From the IMG/VR virus record IMGVR_UViG_2609460346_000013: a stretch of DNA of 23,452 bases, one strand, 5' to 3'. A program made the position numbers and the translations under genes. Shown here piece by piece: positions 9,001 to 17,426 of the stretch. Positions within the stretch are counted from its first letter, which is position 1; each line of letters starts with the position of its first letter. The notes beneath the pieces are model-generated. The model saw nothing but the letters and a program-made list of their open reading frames with translations. It searched no databases and had not been told where the DNA came from. Source of the DNA: a virus. Its lineage: Duplodnaviria; Heunggongvirae; Uroviricota; Caudoviricetes.

Positions 9001-9918
9001 ATGGATTATACGAGCTATATAATAGGACAGCTTCAGGTTGAGGATATTATTGATGCAATTAAAGGCGTTAATAATACTAATGTCATAAAAGATTATGTGC
9101 TGCCTGTAGTATTACCAATTATATCTTCTGTGCTGAGTTACTTTATTGCAACTAGGTTGTTTTATCGGCAGGAGTACCTTAAAGCACAAAGAAGAAAGGT
9201 AAGCGTTGTAAATAAATGTATTTATGACTACTTTTCTGCAATGACAACGTTGTTGCAAATTAAAGGGAATTATTATGGTGGGGTAAGTATAAGTGAAAAT
9301 CCTATCGAGAGGGCTTTAGCTTTTCCTGTTGTGGTTTTTTCTGGTGCTCCTCTATCATCAGATTTAAGTGAGTTGGCCTGTATATTGAGTCAAAAGGGAG
9401 TAGGGAATAATAGAGAGCCAGCAAAGACTACTAACTGGGGGGATGCTTTTGCTGTTAGTGATATAGCAAGAAGGTTTAACAGCCTATTGGCTGCATTAAA
9501 TGTTAGGAATGATTTTGATGACACCTATAGAGGAATGATTATTGAATCAACAGGTTCACCTTTGCCTACGATGCGTTTTAAAAATGATGATATTGTTAAT
9601 GCTATAGGTAGTAATAAGGCAGCTTATTACATTGATATTACTGAGCAAATAATGATTATGATAGATGTTTTGTTGCTTGATATTAATCTGTTGCTCAAAG
9701 AGTTGCCATTGTATGCTGAATCGCTGTTTGACAAAAGAGTAATGCAAGAAGATTCAGGGATTCTTAAATTCAATGATTTGCACGAACGTTTTCCTCTACT
9801 TATGAAACCTGTAACGCCACCTTCGATTAAACTCATGTCTGATTATTTGGGGTACAGTGAAGATGAGATCTTACGACGCTATCCATACCCGTTCTTTAAT
9901 ATGCATGATTGTGAATGA
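9001..9918 (+). CDS. Membrane-anchored hypothetical protein (305 aa, one N-proximal transmembrane helix)
   Basis: Hydrophobic segment VLPVVLPIISSVLSYFIATRLF. Tightly coupled to the upstream lipoprotein gene. AT-rich. No recognised domain. Confidence 0.6.
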   Translation: MDYTSYIIGQLQVEDIIDAIKGVNNTNVIKDYVLPVVLPIISSVLSYFIATRLFYRQEYLKAQRRKVSVVNKCIYDYFSAMTTLLQIKGNYYGGVSISENPIERALAFPVVVFSGAPLSSDLSELACILSQKGVGNNREPAKTTNWGDAFAVSDIARRFNSLLAALNVRNDFDDTYRGMIIESTGSPLPTMRFKNDDIVNAIGSNKAAYYIDITEQIMIMIDVLLLDINLLLKELPLYAESLFDKRVMQEDSGILKFNDLHERFPLLMKPVTPPSIKLMSDYLGYSEDEILRRYPYPFFNMHDCE

Positions 9919-10022
9919 ATGTGCATATGTCAGAAGCCGTTTTTATTGTCAGTTATCGTCAGTGCTGGCGCGCTCTTGGAGTGTTCATGCAACTGCATTA
10001 AAACCGCCCCACGAAGCGGGCG

Positions 10023-10041
10023 GGCGAGGCGGGGAAAGCAC
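10023..10041. other. Putative cos cohesive-end sequence GGCGAGGCGGGGAAAGCAC
   Basis: The 19-mer matches the P2 cohesive-end sequence as I recall it. It lies in a GC-rich non-coding stretch just beyond the portal gene terminator, as in P2. Confidence 0.55.
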
Positions 10042-10171
10042 TGCGCGCTGGCGGTGGTGATGATTGTCTGAGCGCGTCGTGATGGCGTTTAGATTGTGCG
10101 CCGGGGCGTTGGTGTGTCTGCGGGGTGTTTTGTACAGTGGCGAGCGTGTGAGGGCGTGATGACGGGGGTGT

Positions 10172-10193
10172 AAAAAAGCCGCCCGCAGGCGGC
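10172..10193 (-). terminator. Rho-independent terminator for Q (minus strand)
   Basis: GCCGCC/GGCGGC hairpin followed on the minus strand by six U, 5 nt past the Q stop codon. Confidence 0.7.
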
Positions 10194-10198
10194 GATGT

Positions 10199-11233
10199 TC
10201 AGCCGTTGTCAGTGTCCAGTGAGTAGTTTTTAAAGCGGATGACCTCCTGACCGAGCCAGCCGTTTATTTCCCGAATCCTGTCCTGTAACGGGATAAGTTC
10301 ATTGCGGACAAAGACCTTTGCCACTTTCTCAATATCGCCCAGCGACCCGACGTTTTCCGGCTTGCCACCCATCAACTGAAAGGGGATGCGGTGCGCGTCC
10401 AGCAGGTCAGCGGCGCTGGCTTTTTTGATATTAAAAAAATCGTCCTTCGTGGCCACTTCACTGAGCGGGATAATTTTAATGCCGTCGGCTTTTCCCTGTG
10501 GGGCATAGAGAAACAGGTTTTTAAAGTTATTGCGGCCTTTCGACTTCACCATGTTTTCGCGGAGCATTTCGATATCGTTGCGATCCTGCACGGCATCAGT
10601 GACGTACATGATGTATCCGGCATGTGCGCCGTTTTCGTAATACTTGCGGCGGAACAGCGTGGCCGACTCATTCAGCCAGGCAGAGTTAAGGGCGCTGAGA
10701 TATTCCGGCAGACCGTACAGCTCCTGATTAATATCCGGCTCCAGCAGGTGAAACACGGAGCCGGGCGCGAAAGGTGTCGGCTCGTTGAAGGACGGCACCC
10801 ACCAGTAAACATCCTCCTCCACGCCACGGCGGGGATATTTTGCCGGTGAGGTTTCCAGTCTGATGACCTTACCGGTGGTGCTGTAACGCTTTTCCAGAAA
10901 CGCATTACCGAATACCAGAAAATCCAGCACAAAGCGGCTGAAATCCTGCTGAGAAAGCCACGGGTGTGGGATAAACGTTGAGGCCAGAATGTTACGTTTG
11001 ACGTAAATCGGTGAGCTGTGATGCACGGCAGCACGCAGGCTTTTTGCCAGACCGGTAAAGCTGACTGGTGGCTCATACCATCTGCCGTTACTGATGCACT
11101 CGACGTAATCCAGAATGTCACGGCGGTCGAGTACCGGCACCGGCTCACCAAAGGTGAATGCCTCCATTTTCGGGGCGCTGGCGGTCATTTTTTTTGCCGC
11201 AGGTTGCGGTGTTTTCCCTTTTTTCTTGCTCAT
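10199..11233 (-). CDS. Q: Portal protein, P2 gpQ-like (344 aa)
   Basis: Length identical to recalled P2 gpQ, with the lysine-rich MSKKKGKTPQPAAK N-terminus. Lies next to cos and is divergent from the lysis and tail genes. Confidence 0.9.
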   Translation of the reverse strand: MSKKKGKTPQPAAKKMTASAPKMEAFTFGEPVPVLDRRDILDYVECISNGRWYEPPVSFTGLAKSLRAAVHHSSPIYVKRNILASTFIPHPWLSQQDFSRFVLDFLVFGNAFLEKRYSTTGKVIRLETSPAKYPRRGVEEDVYWWVPSFNEPTPFAPGSVFHLLEPDINQELYGLPEYLSALNSAWLNESATLFRRKYYENGAHAGYIMYVTDAVQDRNDIEMLRENMVKSKGRNNFKNLFLYAPQGKADGIKIIPLSEVATKDDFFNIKKASAADLLDAHRIPFQLMGGKPENVGSLGDIEKVAKVFVRNELIPLQDRIREINGWLGQEVIRFKNYSLDTDNG

Positions 11234-11740
11234 CAGTAAAACTCCAGAATGGTGGATGTCAGCGGGGTGCTGATACCGGCGGTGAGTGGCTCATTTAACA
11301 GGGCGTGCATGGTCGCCCAGGCGAGGTCGGCGTGGCTGGCTTCCTCGCTACGGCTGGCCTCATAGGTGGCGCTGCGTCCGCTGCTGGTCATGGTCTTGCG
11401 GATAGCCATGAACGAGCTGGTGATGTCGGTGGCGCTGACGTCATATTCCAGACAGCCACGGCGGATGACGTCTTTTGCCTTGAGCACCATTGCGGTTTTC
11501 ATTTCCGGCGTGTAGCGGATATCGCGTGCGGCGGGATAGAACGAGCGCACGAGCTGGAACACGCCGACACCGAGGCCGGTGGCATCAATTCCGATGTATT
11601 CGACGTTGTATTTTTCGGTGAGTTTGCGGATGGATTCCGCCTGAGTGGCAAAGTCCATGCCTTTCCACTGGTGACGCTCAAGTATTCTGAATTTACCTCC
11701 GGCCACCACCGGCGGTGCCAGCACCACGCATCCGGCGCTG
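11233..11740 (-). pseudogene. P: Terminase ATPase subunit P, C-terminal fragment only (about 165 codons; N-terminal part deleted)
   Basis: The reading frame stops overlapping the Q start as in P2, but only about 165 codons remain instead of about 590. The upstream end abuts a truncated K on the opposite strand. Confidence 0.75.
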
Positions 11741-11743
11741 GCC

Positions 11744-12187
11744 GTGTCCGAAGGGACGGCGAATCATCCGCTGACGAAAAACCGGGGCTATGACGTGATA
11801 GTCACCGGACTGGACGGAAAGCCGGAAATTTTCACCGACTACAGTGACCACCCGTTCGCACATGGTCGACCGGCGAAGGTGTTTAACCGTCGCGGTGAAA
11901 AATCCACGGCCTCCGGTCGCTATCAGCAGCTTTACCTGTTCTGGCCGCATTACCGCAAACAGCTTGCCCTGCCGGATTTCAGTCCGTTGTCACAGGACAG
12001 GCTCGCCATTCAGTTGATCCGCGAACGCGGTGCACTGGATGACATCCGGGCGGGACGCATTGAGCGCGCCATTTCACGCTGTCGCAATATCTGGGCGTCC
12101 CTGCCGGGTGCCGGTTACGGTCAGCGTGAGCATCCACTGGAAAAACTGGTCACCGTCTGGCGTACCGCCGGCGGCGTACCGGCTTAA
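11744..12187 (+). pseudogene. K: Endolysin K (lambda R-like transglycosylase), N-terminally truncated with no native ATG
   Basis: The frame carries the SEGT block with the catalytic glutamate, then GYDVIV and WASLPGAGYGQ motifs of R/K-type lysozymes. The residues before LAVSEGT are unrelated, and only a GTG at 11744 with no ribosome-binding site could start it. Confidence 0.75.
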
Positions 12188-12201
12188 ACGGAGTAAACAC
12201 C

Positions 12202-12627
12202 ATGAAGAAATTATCCCTTTCACTGATGCTGAATGTGCCGCTGGCGCTGATGCTGGCACTGTCCCTGATTTACCCGCAGAGCGTGGCCGTCAGTTTTGTC
12301 GCCGCCTGGGCGATTCTGGCGACGGTTATCTGTGTGGTTGCCGGTGGTGTCGGCGTGTATGCCACTGAGTATGTGCTGGAACGCTACGGGCGGGAGCTGC
12401 CGCCGGAATCGCTGGCCGTGAAGATTGTCACGTCGCTGTTTTTGCAGCCGGTGCCGTGGCGCAGACGGGCAGTAGCTCTGGTGGTGATGGTGGCGACGTT
12501 TATCTCGCTGGTCGCTGCCGGGTGGATTTTTACCGCGCTGATTTATCTTGTGGCGTCGCTGTTTTTCCGGCTGATACGTAAAGCCTGCCGTCAGCGTTTT
12601 GAGGGGCGGGAACCATGTCAAAGCTGA
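12202..12627 (+). CDS. lysA: LysA-like lysis accessory membrane protein (141 aa)
   Basis: Multi-pass hydrophobic protein directly after K. Length identical to recalled P2 LysA. Confidence 0.75.
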   Translation: MKKLSLSLMLNVPLALMLALSLIYPQSVAVSFVAAWAILATVICVVAGGVGVYATEYVLERYGRELPPESLAVKIVTSLFLQPVPWRRRAVALVVMVATFISLVAAGWIFTALIYLVASLFFRLIRKACRQRFEGREPCQS

Positions 12628-13040
12628 TGATTGTGCTGGTTGTGCTGTTATCGCTGGCGGTGGCGGGGCTGTTTCTGGTGAAGCATGAAAACGCCAGCCT
12701 GCGCGCCTCGCTGGACAGGGCGAACAACGTCGCCAGTGAACAGCAGACGACCATCACCATGCTGCAAAATCAGCTTCATGTTGCCATCACCAGGGCAGAC
12801 AAAAACGAGCTGGCGCAGGTGGCACTGCGTCAGGAACTGGAGAACGCCGCGAAGCGTGAAGCACAGCGCGAGAAAACCATCACGAGGTTACTTAATGAAA
12901 ACGAAGATTTTCGCCGCTGGTATGGCGCTGACCTGCCTGATGCTGTGCGCCGGTTGCACCAGCGCCCCGCCTGCACCGACGCCAGTGATTGTCGCCAACG
13001 CCTGCCCGAAAGTGAGCCTTTGCCCGATGCCGGGCAGTGA
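12615..13040 (+). CDS. lysB: LysB, Rz-like inner-membrane spanin (141 aa)
   Basis: N-terminal transmembrane helix (MSKLMIVLVVLLSLAVAGLFLV) followed by a coiled-coil-like region. Position is as in P2. Confidence 0.75.
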   Translation: MSKLMIVLVVLLSLAVAGLFLVKHENASLRASLDRANNVASEQQTTITMLQNQLHVAITRADKNELAQVALRQELENAAKREAQREKTITRLLNENEDFRRWYGADLPDAVRRLHQRPACTDASDCRQRLPESEPLPDAGQ

Positions 13041-13185
13041 CCCGGAGACGAACGGCGATTTAAGTGCCGATATCCGGCAGCTTGAGAACGCGCTGGCACG
13101 TTGTGCCAGCCAGGTAAAAATGATTAAACACTGTCAGGACGAAAACGATGCTCAAACCCGACAGCCTGCGCAGGGCGCTGACTGA
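12895..13185 (+). CDS. lysC: LysC, Rz1-like outer-membrane lipoprotein spanin (96 aa), starting inside lysB in another frame
   Basis: An internal ATG at 12895 gives MKTKIFAAGMALTCLMLCAGC, a signal peptide with a lipobox, followed by a proline-rich segment. The frame overlaps the lysB 3' half and extends into R. Confidence 0.65.
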   Translation: MKTKIFAAGMALTCLMLCAGCTSAPPAPTPVIVANACPKVSLCPMPGSDPETNGDLSADIRQLENALARCASQVKMIKHCQDENDAQTRQPAQGAD

Positions 13186-13615
13186 TGCCGTCACGGTGCT
13201 GAAAACTAACCCCGATATGCTGCGGATATTCGTGGATAACGGGAGTATTGCCTCCACACTGGCGGCGTCGTTGTCATTCGAAAAGCGTTACACGCTCAAT
13301 GTCATTGTGACCGACTTTACCGGTGATTTTGACCTGCTCATCGTGCCGGTGCTGGCGTGGCTGCGGGAAAATCAGCCCGACATCATGACCACCGACGAAG
13401 GCCAGAAAAAGGGCTTCACGTTTTATGCAGACATCAACAATGACAGCAGCTTTGATATCAGTATCAGCCTGATGCTGACCGAGCGCACGCTGGTCAGTGA
13501 GGTTGACGGTGCGCTGCATGTGAAGAATATCCCGGAACCTCCGCCGCCGGAGCCAGTCAATCGCCCGATGGAGCTTTATATCAATGGTGAACTGGTGAGC
13601 AAGTGGGATGAATGA
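13148..13615 (+). CDS. R: Tail completion protein R (155 aa)
   Basis: Length and position match recalled P2 gpR. Confidence 0.8.
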   Translation: MLKPDSLRRALTDAVTVLKTNPDMLRIFVDNGSIASTLAASLSFEKRYTLNVIVTDFTGDFDLLIVPVLAWLRENQPDIMTTDEGQKKGFTFYADINNDSSFDISISLMLTERTLVSEVDGALHVKNIPEPPPPEPVNRPMELYINGELVSKWDE

Positions 13616-14060
13616 GTTTAAGCGTTTTGAAGACCGACTGACCGGACTGATTGAATCGCTGTCACCGTCTGGGCGTCGGCGACTGAGTGCAGAACTGGCG
13701 AAACGTCTGCGGCAGAGTCAGCAGCGTCGGGTGATGGCACAGAAAGCTCCGGACGGCACACCCTACGCACCACGCCAGCAGCAGAGCGCCAGAAAAAAGA
13801 CCGGTCGCGTTAAGCGAAAAATGTTTGCGAAACTTATCACCAGTCGTTTTTTGCATATCCGCGCCAGCCCTGAACAGGCATCAATGGAGTTTTACGGCGG
13901 GAAGTCACCGAAAATCGCCAGTGTGCATCAGTTCGGTCTGTCGGAAGAAACCCGGAAAGACGGTAAGAAAATTGATTATCCGGCGCGTCCTCTGCTCGGC
14001 TTTACCGGTGAGGATGTGCAGATGATTGAAGAGATTATCCTGGCTCACCTTGAGCGTTAG
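13608..14060 (+). CDS. S: Tail completion protein S (150 aa)
   Basis: ATGA overlap with R. Length matches recalled P2 gpS. Confidence 0.8.
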   Translation: MNEFKRFEDRLTGLIESLSPSGRRRLSAELAKRLRQSQQRRVMAQKAPDGTPYAPRQQQSARKKTGRVKRKMFAKLITSRFLHIRASPEQASMEFYGGKSPKIASVHQFGLSEETRKDGKKIDYPARPLLGFTGEDVQMIEEIILAHLER

Positions 14061-14090
14061 TTTTATCCAGACAGAGGCTGATGCGCAATT

Positions 14091-14125
14091 AAACATTGAG
14101 CGGCCATGCTGGTCGCTCAATGTTT
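14091..14125. terminator. Hairpin between convergent S and the antisense cargo gene (12-bp perfect inverted repeat AAACATTGAGCG / CGCTCAATGTTT); probable bidirectional terminator
   Basis: Inverted repeat read directly, with an 11-nt loop. On the minus strand it is followed by a U-rich stretch (UUUAAUU). No clean U-run on the plus strand. Confidence 0.5.
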
Positions 14126-14131
14126 AGAGGT

Positions 14132-14917
14132 TTATGAGTGATTTTTATTTGATGCTTTGTATTCTAAAACCTTCTTATTGGCGTAAAAGAATTTTGTATA
14201 TGACAGGAATATAACCAGACCTGAAGTGAAATAGACGAGGGATAGTATTAATAATGCTTTTTTGCGACTGTTATTATCTTTAATCTCCAGGCTTAACCAT
14301 TCGGAGTCCTCCTCGTTTAGCTGTAAGAGCTTATTGCAGGCGATTTCAGGAAGTGTGTCTTTTATAAATACGTTTTGCAGTCTCTTGCAATCGGCAAGGC
14401 TATAAGTTTTATTAAATTCAACTGCTTTATTTTTGAAGGATAAAAGAACTTTGTCACTATAAACATAGTACATCATGTTTTTATATGGTATGCCTATGGC
14501 ATCCCTTACTATAACGGATTGTTCGTTGTGTATGTAACATGCGAGGAGAATGTAAAAAATACTGGCCAGAATTACAATTATTGTTTTAATTATGTGTGGT
14601 GGTTTTGTTATGTCACCCCAGATGCGAGTAAGGAAAAAATACGATGTTTTTAGTTTTCCATCAATCAGTCCCTGCTGTATCATTCTCACATTTTCAATGC
14701 CTGATACATTGATTCCGTTAATTATTTTAAATAGTTGAATGTCGCGCCACTCGCGGTCAAGTCTTTTTAATTTTTTGTCTGAATATCCAAAATTGAAATA
14801 ATGTGCAATAAGCCTCATAAGGTTACTTTTACCAAAGCTAAAAAATGCTAATACTGCAAAGCTACAAAGGAAAAAAACGATTAGCCCCCACACATTAGTC
14901 ACATTATAGCTGACCAT
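14132..14917 (-). CDS. Multi-pass membrane protein, cargo gene antisense to the tail operon (261 aa)
   Basis: Strong AAGGAGA ribosome-binding site on the minus strand 8 nt before the ATG at 14917. Hydrophobic helices at the N-terminus, middle and C-terminus. Very AT-rich. Occupies the position of the antisense orf30 between S and V in P2. Confidence 0.7.
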   Translation of the reverse strand: MVSYNVTNVWGLIVFFLCSFAVLAFFSFGKSNLMRLIAHYFNFGYSDKKLKRLDREWRDIQLFKIINGINVSGIENVRMIQQGLIDGKLKTSYFFLTRIWGDITKPPHIIKTIIVILASIFYILLACYIHNEQSVIVRDAIGIPYKNMMYYVYSDKVLLSFKNKAVEFNKTYSLADCKRLQNVFIKDTLPEIACNKLLQLNEEDSEWLSLEIKDNNSRKKALLILSLVYFTSGLVIFLSYTKFFYANKKVLEYKASNKNHS

Positions 14918-15000
14918 TACGCTCTCCTTGAATGTTGTCTGGTAGTTCTACAAATGAATCCAGATAGCATAACTTTTATATATTGTGCAATCTCACATGC

Positions 15001-15636
15001 ATGAACACTCTCGCAAATATTCAGGAACTCGCGCGCGCACTGCGCAACATGATTCGCACCGGCATTATCGTCGAAACCGACCTTAACGCCGGTCGCTGCC
15101 GCGTGCAGACCGGCGGCATGTGCACCGACTGGCTTCAGTGGCTGACCCATCGCGCCGGTCGTTCGCGCACATGGTGGGCACCTTCCGTGGGGGAACAGGT
15201 GCTGATTCTGTCCGTGGGCGGTGAACTCGACACGGCGTTTGTTCTGCCGGGGATTTATTCCGGCGATAATCCCGCGCCGTCTGCGTCGGCGGATGCCCTG
15301 CATATCCGTTTCCCTGACGGGGCGGTGATTGAGTATGAACCCGAAACCAGTGCGCTCACGGTAAGCGGAATTAAAACGGCCAGCGTGACGGCTTCCGGTT
15401 CTGTTACTGCCACTGTGCCGGTGGTCATGGTGAAAGCGTCAACCCGCATCACCCTGGACACACCGGAGGTGGTCTGCACCAACAGGCTGATTACCGGCAC
15501 GCTGGAAGTGCAGAAGGGCGGGACGATGCGCGGCAACATTGAACACACCGGCGGTGAACTCTCATCAAACGGTAAGGTACTGCATACCCATAAACACCCC
15601 GGCGACAGCGGCGGCACAACCGGGAGTCCTCTATGA
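15001..15636 (+). CDS. V: Baseplate spike protein V (211 aa from MNTLANIQ)
   Basis: Length matches recalled P2 gpV. The ORF track's earlier TTG start at 14983 is unlikely. Confidence 0.85.
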   Translation: MNTLANIQELARALRNMIRTGIIVETDLNAGRCRVQTGGMCTDWLQWLTHRAGRSRTWWAPSVGEQVLILSVGGELDTAFVLPGIYSGDNPAPSASADALHIRFPDGAVIEYEPETSALTVSGIKTASVTASGSVTATVPVVMVKASTRITLDTPEVVCTNRLITGTLEVQKGGTMRGNIEHTGGELSSNGKVLHTHKHPGDSGGTTGSPL

Positions 15637-15980
15637 CAGCGCGTTATCTCGGAATGAATCGCAGTGATGGCCTGACGGTCACTGACCTTGAGCATATCAG
15701 CCAGAGTATCGGCGATATCCTGCGCACACCGGTCGGCTCACGGGTGATGCGCCGTGATTACGGCTCGTTGCTGGCGTCAATGATTGACCAGCCGCAGACC
15801 CCGGCGCTTGAGTTGCAGATTAAGGTCGCCTGTTACATGGCGGTGCTGAAATGGGAACCCCGCGTCACCCTGTCATCCGTCACCACGGCGCGCAGTTTTG
15901 ACGGGCGAATGACGGTCACGTTAACCGGTCAGCACAACGACACCGGTCAGCCACTTTCGTTAACCATCCCTGTGAGTTGA
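15633..15980 (+). CDS. W: Baseplate wedge protein W (115 aa)
   Basis: ATGA overlap with V. Length matches recalled P2 gpW. Confidence 0.85.
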   Translation: MTARYLGMNRSDGLTVTDLEHISQSIGDILRTPVGSRVMRRDYGSLLASMIDQPQTPALELQIKVACYMAVLKWEPRVTLSSVTTARSFDGRMTVTLTGQHNDTGQPLSLTIPVS

Positions 15981-15984
15981 AACC

Positions 15985-16893
15985 ATGCCGATTATCGACC
16001 TGAACCAGCTACCCGCACCGGATGTGGTCGAGGAGCTGGACTTTGAAACCATTCTTGCCGAACGCAAGGCGACACTGATTTCCCTTTACCCGGAAGACCA
16101 GCAGGAGGTGGTCGCCCGTACCCTGACGCTGGAATCGGAGCCTCTCGTCAAACTGCTGGAAGAAAATGCTTATCGTGAGCTTATCTGGCGTCAGCGTGTG
16201 AATGAGGCCGCACGGGCGGTGATGCTGGCCTGTGCCGCCGGTAATGACCTTGATGTGATTGGTGCCAATTACAACACCACACGCCTGATTATCATCCCGG
16301 CAGATGATTCGACCATCCCGCCGACACCGGCAGTGATGGAATCTGACACCGATTATCGTCTGCGTATTCAGCAGGCGTTTGAAGGTTTAAGCGTTGCCGG
16401 GTCGGTGGGAGCCTATCAGTATCATGGTCGCAGTGCCGACGGGCGTGTCGCGGATATCTCTGTCACCAGTCCGTCTCCGGCCTGTGTCACTATCTCCGTG
16501 CTGTCCCGAGAAAATAACGGTGTCGCATCCGAAGACCTGCTGGCTGTGGTGCGTAACGCTCTTAATGGCGAGGACGTCAGGCCGGTGGCTGACCGTGTGA
16601 CCGTGCAGTCTGCCGCCATTGTTGAATACCAGATAAACGCCACGCTGTATCTTTACCCTGGTCCAGAAAGCGAACCCATCCGCGCCGCCGCCGTGAAAAA
16701 ACTGGAAGCGTACATCACGGCACAGCACCGGCTGGGGCGCGACATCCGTCTGTCTGCCATTTATGCCGCTTTGCATGTGGAAGGCGTGCAGCGTGTCGAA
16801 CTGACTGCACCGCTGGCTGACATCGTGCTCAACAGTACGCAGGCGTCTTTCTGCACCGAATACAGCGTCGTGACCGGAGGCTCGGATGAGTGA
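15985..16893 (+). CDS. J: Baseplate protein J (302 aa)
   Basis: Length matches recalled P2 gpJ. Gene order V-W-J-I is conserved. Confidence 0.85.
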   Translation: MPIIDLNQLPAPDVVEELDFETILAERKATLISLYPEDQQEVVARTLTLESEPLVKLLEENAYRELIWRQRVNEAARAVMLACAAGNDLDVIGANYNTTRLIIIPADDSTIPPTPAVMESDTDYRLRIQQAFEGLSVAGSVGAYQYHGRSADGRVADISVTSPSPACVTISVLSRENNGVASEDLLAVVRNALNGEDVRPVADRVTVQSAAIVEYQINATLYLYPGPESEPIRAAAVKKLEAYITAQHRLGRDIRLSAIYAALHVEGVQRVELTAPLADIVLNSTQASFCTEYSVVTGGSDE

Positions 16894-17416
16894 TTCGCGA
16901 CTGCTGCCGACCGGCTCATCACCGCTTGAGGTCGCCGCCGCAAAAGCCTGTGCGGAAATTGAAAAAACACCGGTCAGTATTCGTGAGCTGTGGAACCCGG
17001 ACTCCTGTCCGGCAAATCTGCTGCCGTGGCTGGCGTGGGCGTTTTCGGTCGACAGGTGGGATGAAAAGTGGCCGGAAGCGACAAAACGCGCCGTTATCCG
17101 CGATGCCTATTTCATCCACTGTCATAAAGGCACTATCGGCGCAATCCGACGCGTGGTGGAGCCGCTCGGCTATCTCATCAACGTGACGGAGTGGTGGGAA
17201 AACAGTGACCCGCCCGGCACCTTCCGGCTTGATATTGGTGTACTGGAAAGCGGTATCACAGAGGCAATGTATCAGGAAATGGAACGGCTGATTGCCGATG
17301 CCAAACCTGCAAGCCGCCACCTTATTGGCCTGAACATTACCCGGGACATTCCCGGCTATCTGTTCGCCGGTGGTGTGGCTTACGACGGCGATGTAATTAC
17401 GGTTTACCCCGGATAA
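16886..17416 (+). CDS. I: Baseplate protein I (176 aa)
   Basis: Overlaps the J stop by 8 nt. Length matches recalled P2 gpI. Confidence 0.85.
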   Translation: MSDSRLLPTGSSPLEVAAAKACAEIEKTPVSIRELWNPDSCPANLLPWLAWAFSVDRWDEKWPEATKRAVIRDAYFIHCHKGTIGAIRRVVEPLGYLINVTEWWENSDPPGTFRLDIGVLESGITEAMYQEMERLIADAKPASRHLIGLNITRDIPGYLFAGGVAYDGDVITVYPG

Positions 17417-17426
17417 GTGAGGAATA

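Noticed and set aside
9857-10060. Plus-strand 67-aa ORF spanning the putative cos site
   Set aside because: It overlaps the 3' end of the 305-aa gene and runs through the GC-rich cos region. No ribosome-binding site. It is most likely non-coding packaging-site DNA.
5779-10198. Possibility that the TIR-like gene is the ThsB half of a canonical Thoeris system
   Set aside because: No neighbouring ORF shows the SIR2, Macro or SLOG features expected of ThsA. The adjacent proteins are small membrane proteins of unknown type, so the locus is reported as a TIR-like candidate of unknown system class.
10391-11151. Plus-strand ORFs 10391..10849 and 11018..11239, and minus-strand ORF 10672..11151, overlapping portal gene Q
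   Set aside because: Antisense or alternate-frame to the full-length Q frame. Arginine/cysteine-rich low-complexity translations typical of off-frame GC-rich DNA.
12220-12760. Minus-strand ORFs 12220..12621 and 12530..12760 within lysA/lysB
   Set aside because: Antisense to two conserved lysis genes, with histidine/arginine/glutamine-rich low-complexity translation.
14917-15303. Minus-strand 128-aa ORF beginning MQGIRRRRRRG, overlapping the V start
   Set aside because: Antisense to V. The poly-arginine start and overlap with a conserved baseplate gene indicate a spurious frame. The real antisense cargo gene ends at 14917.
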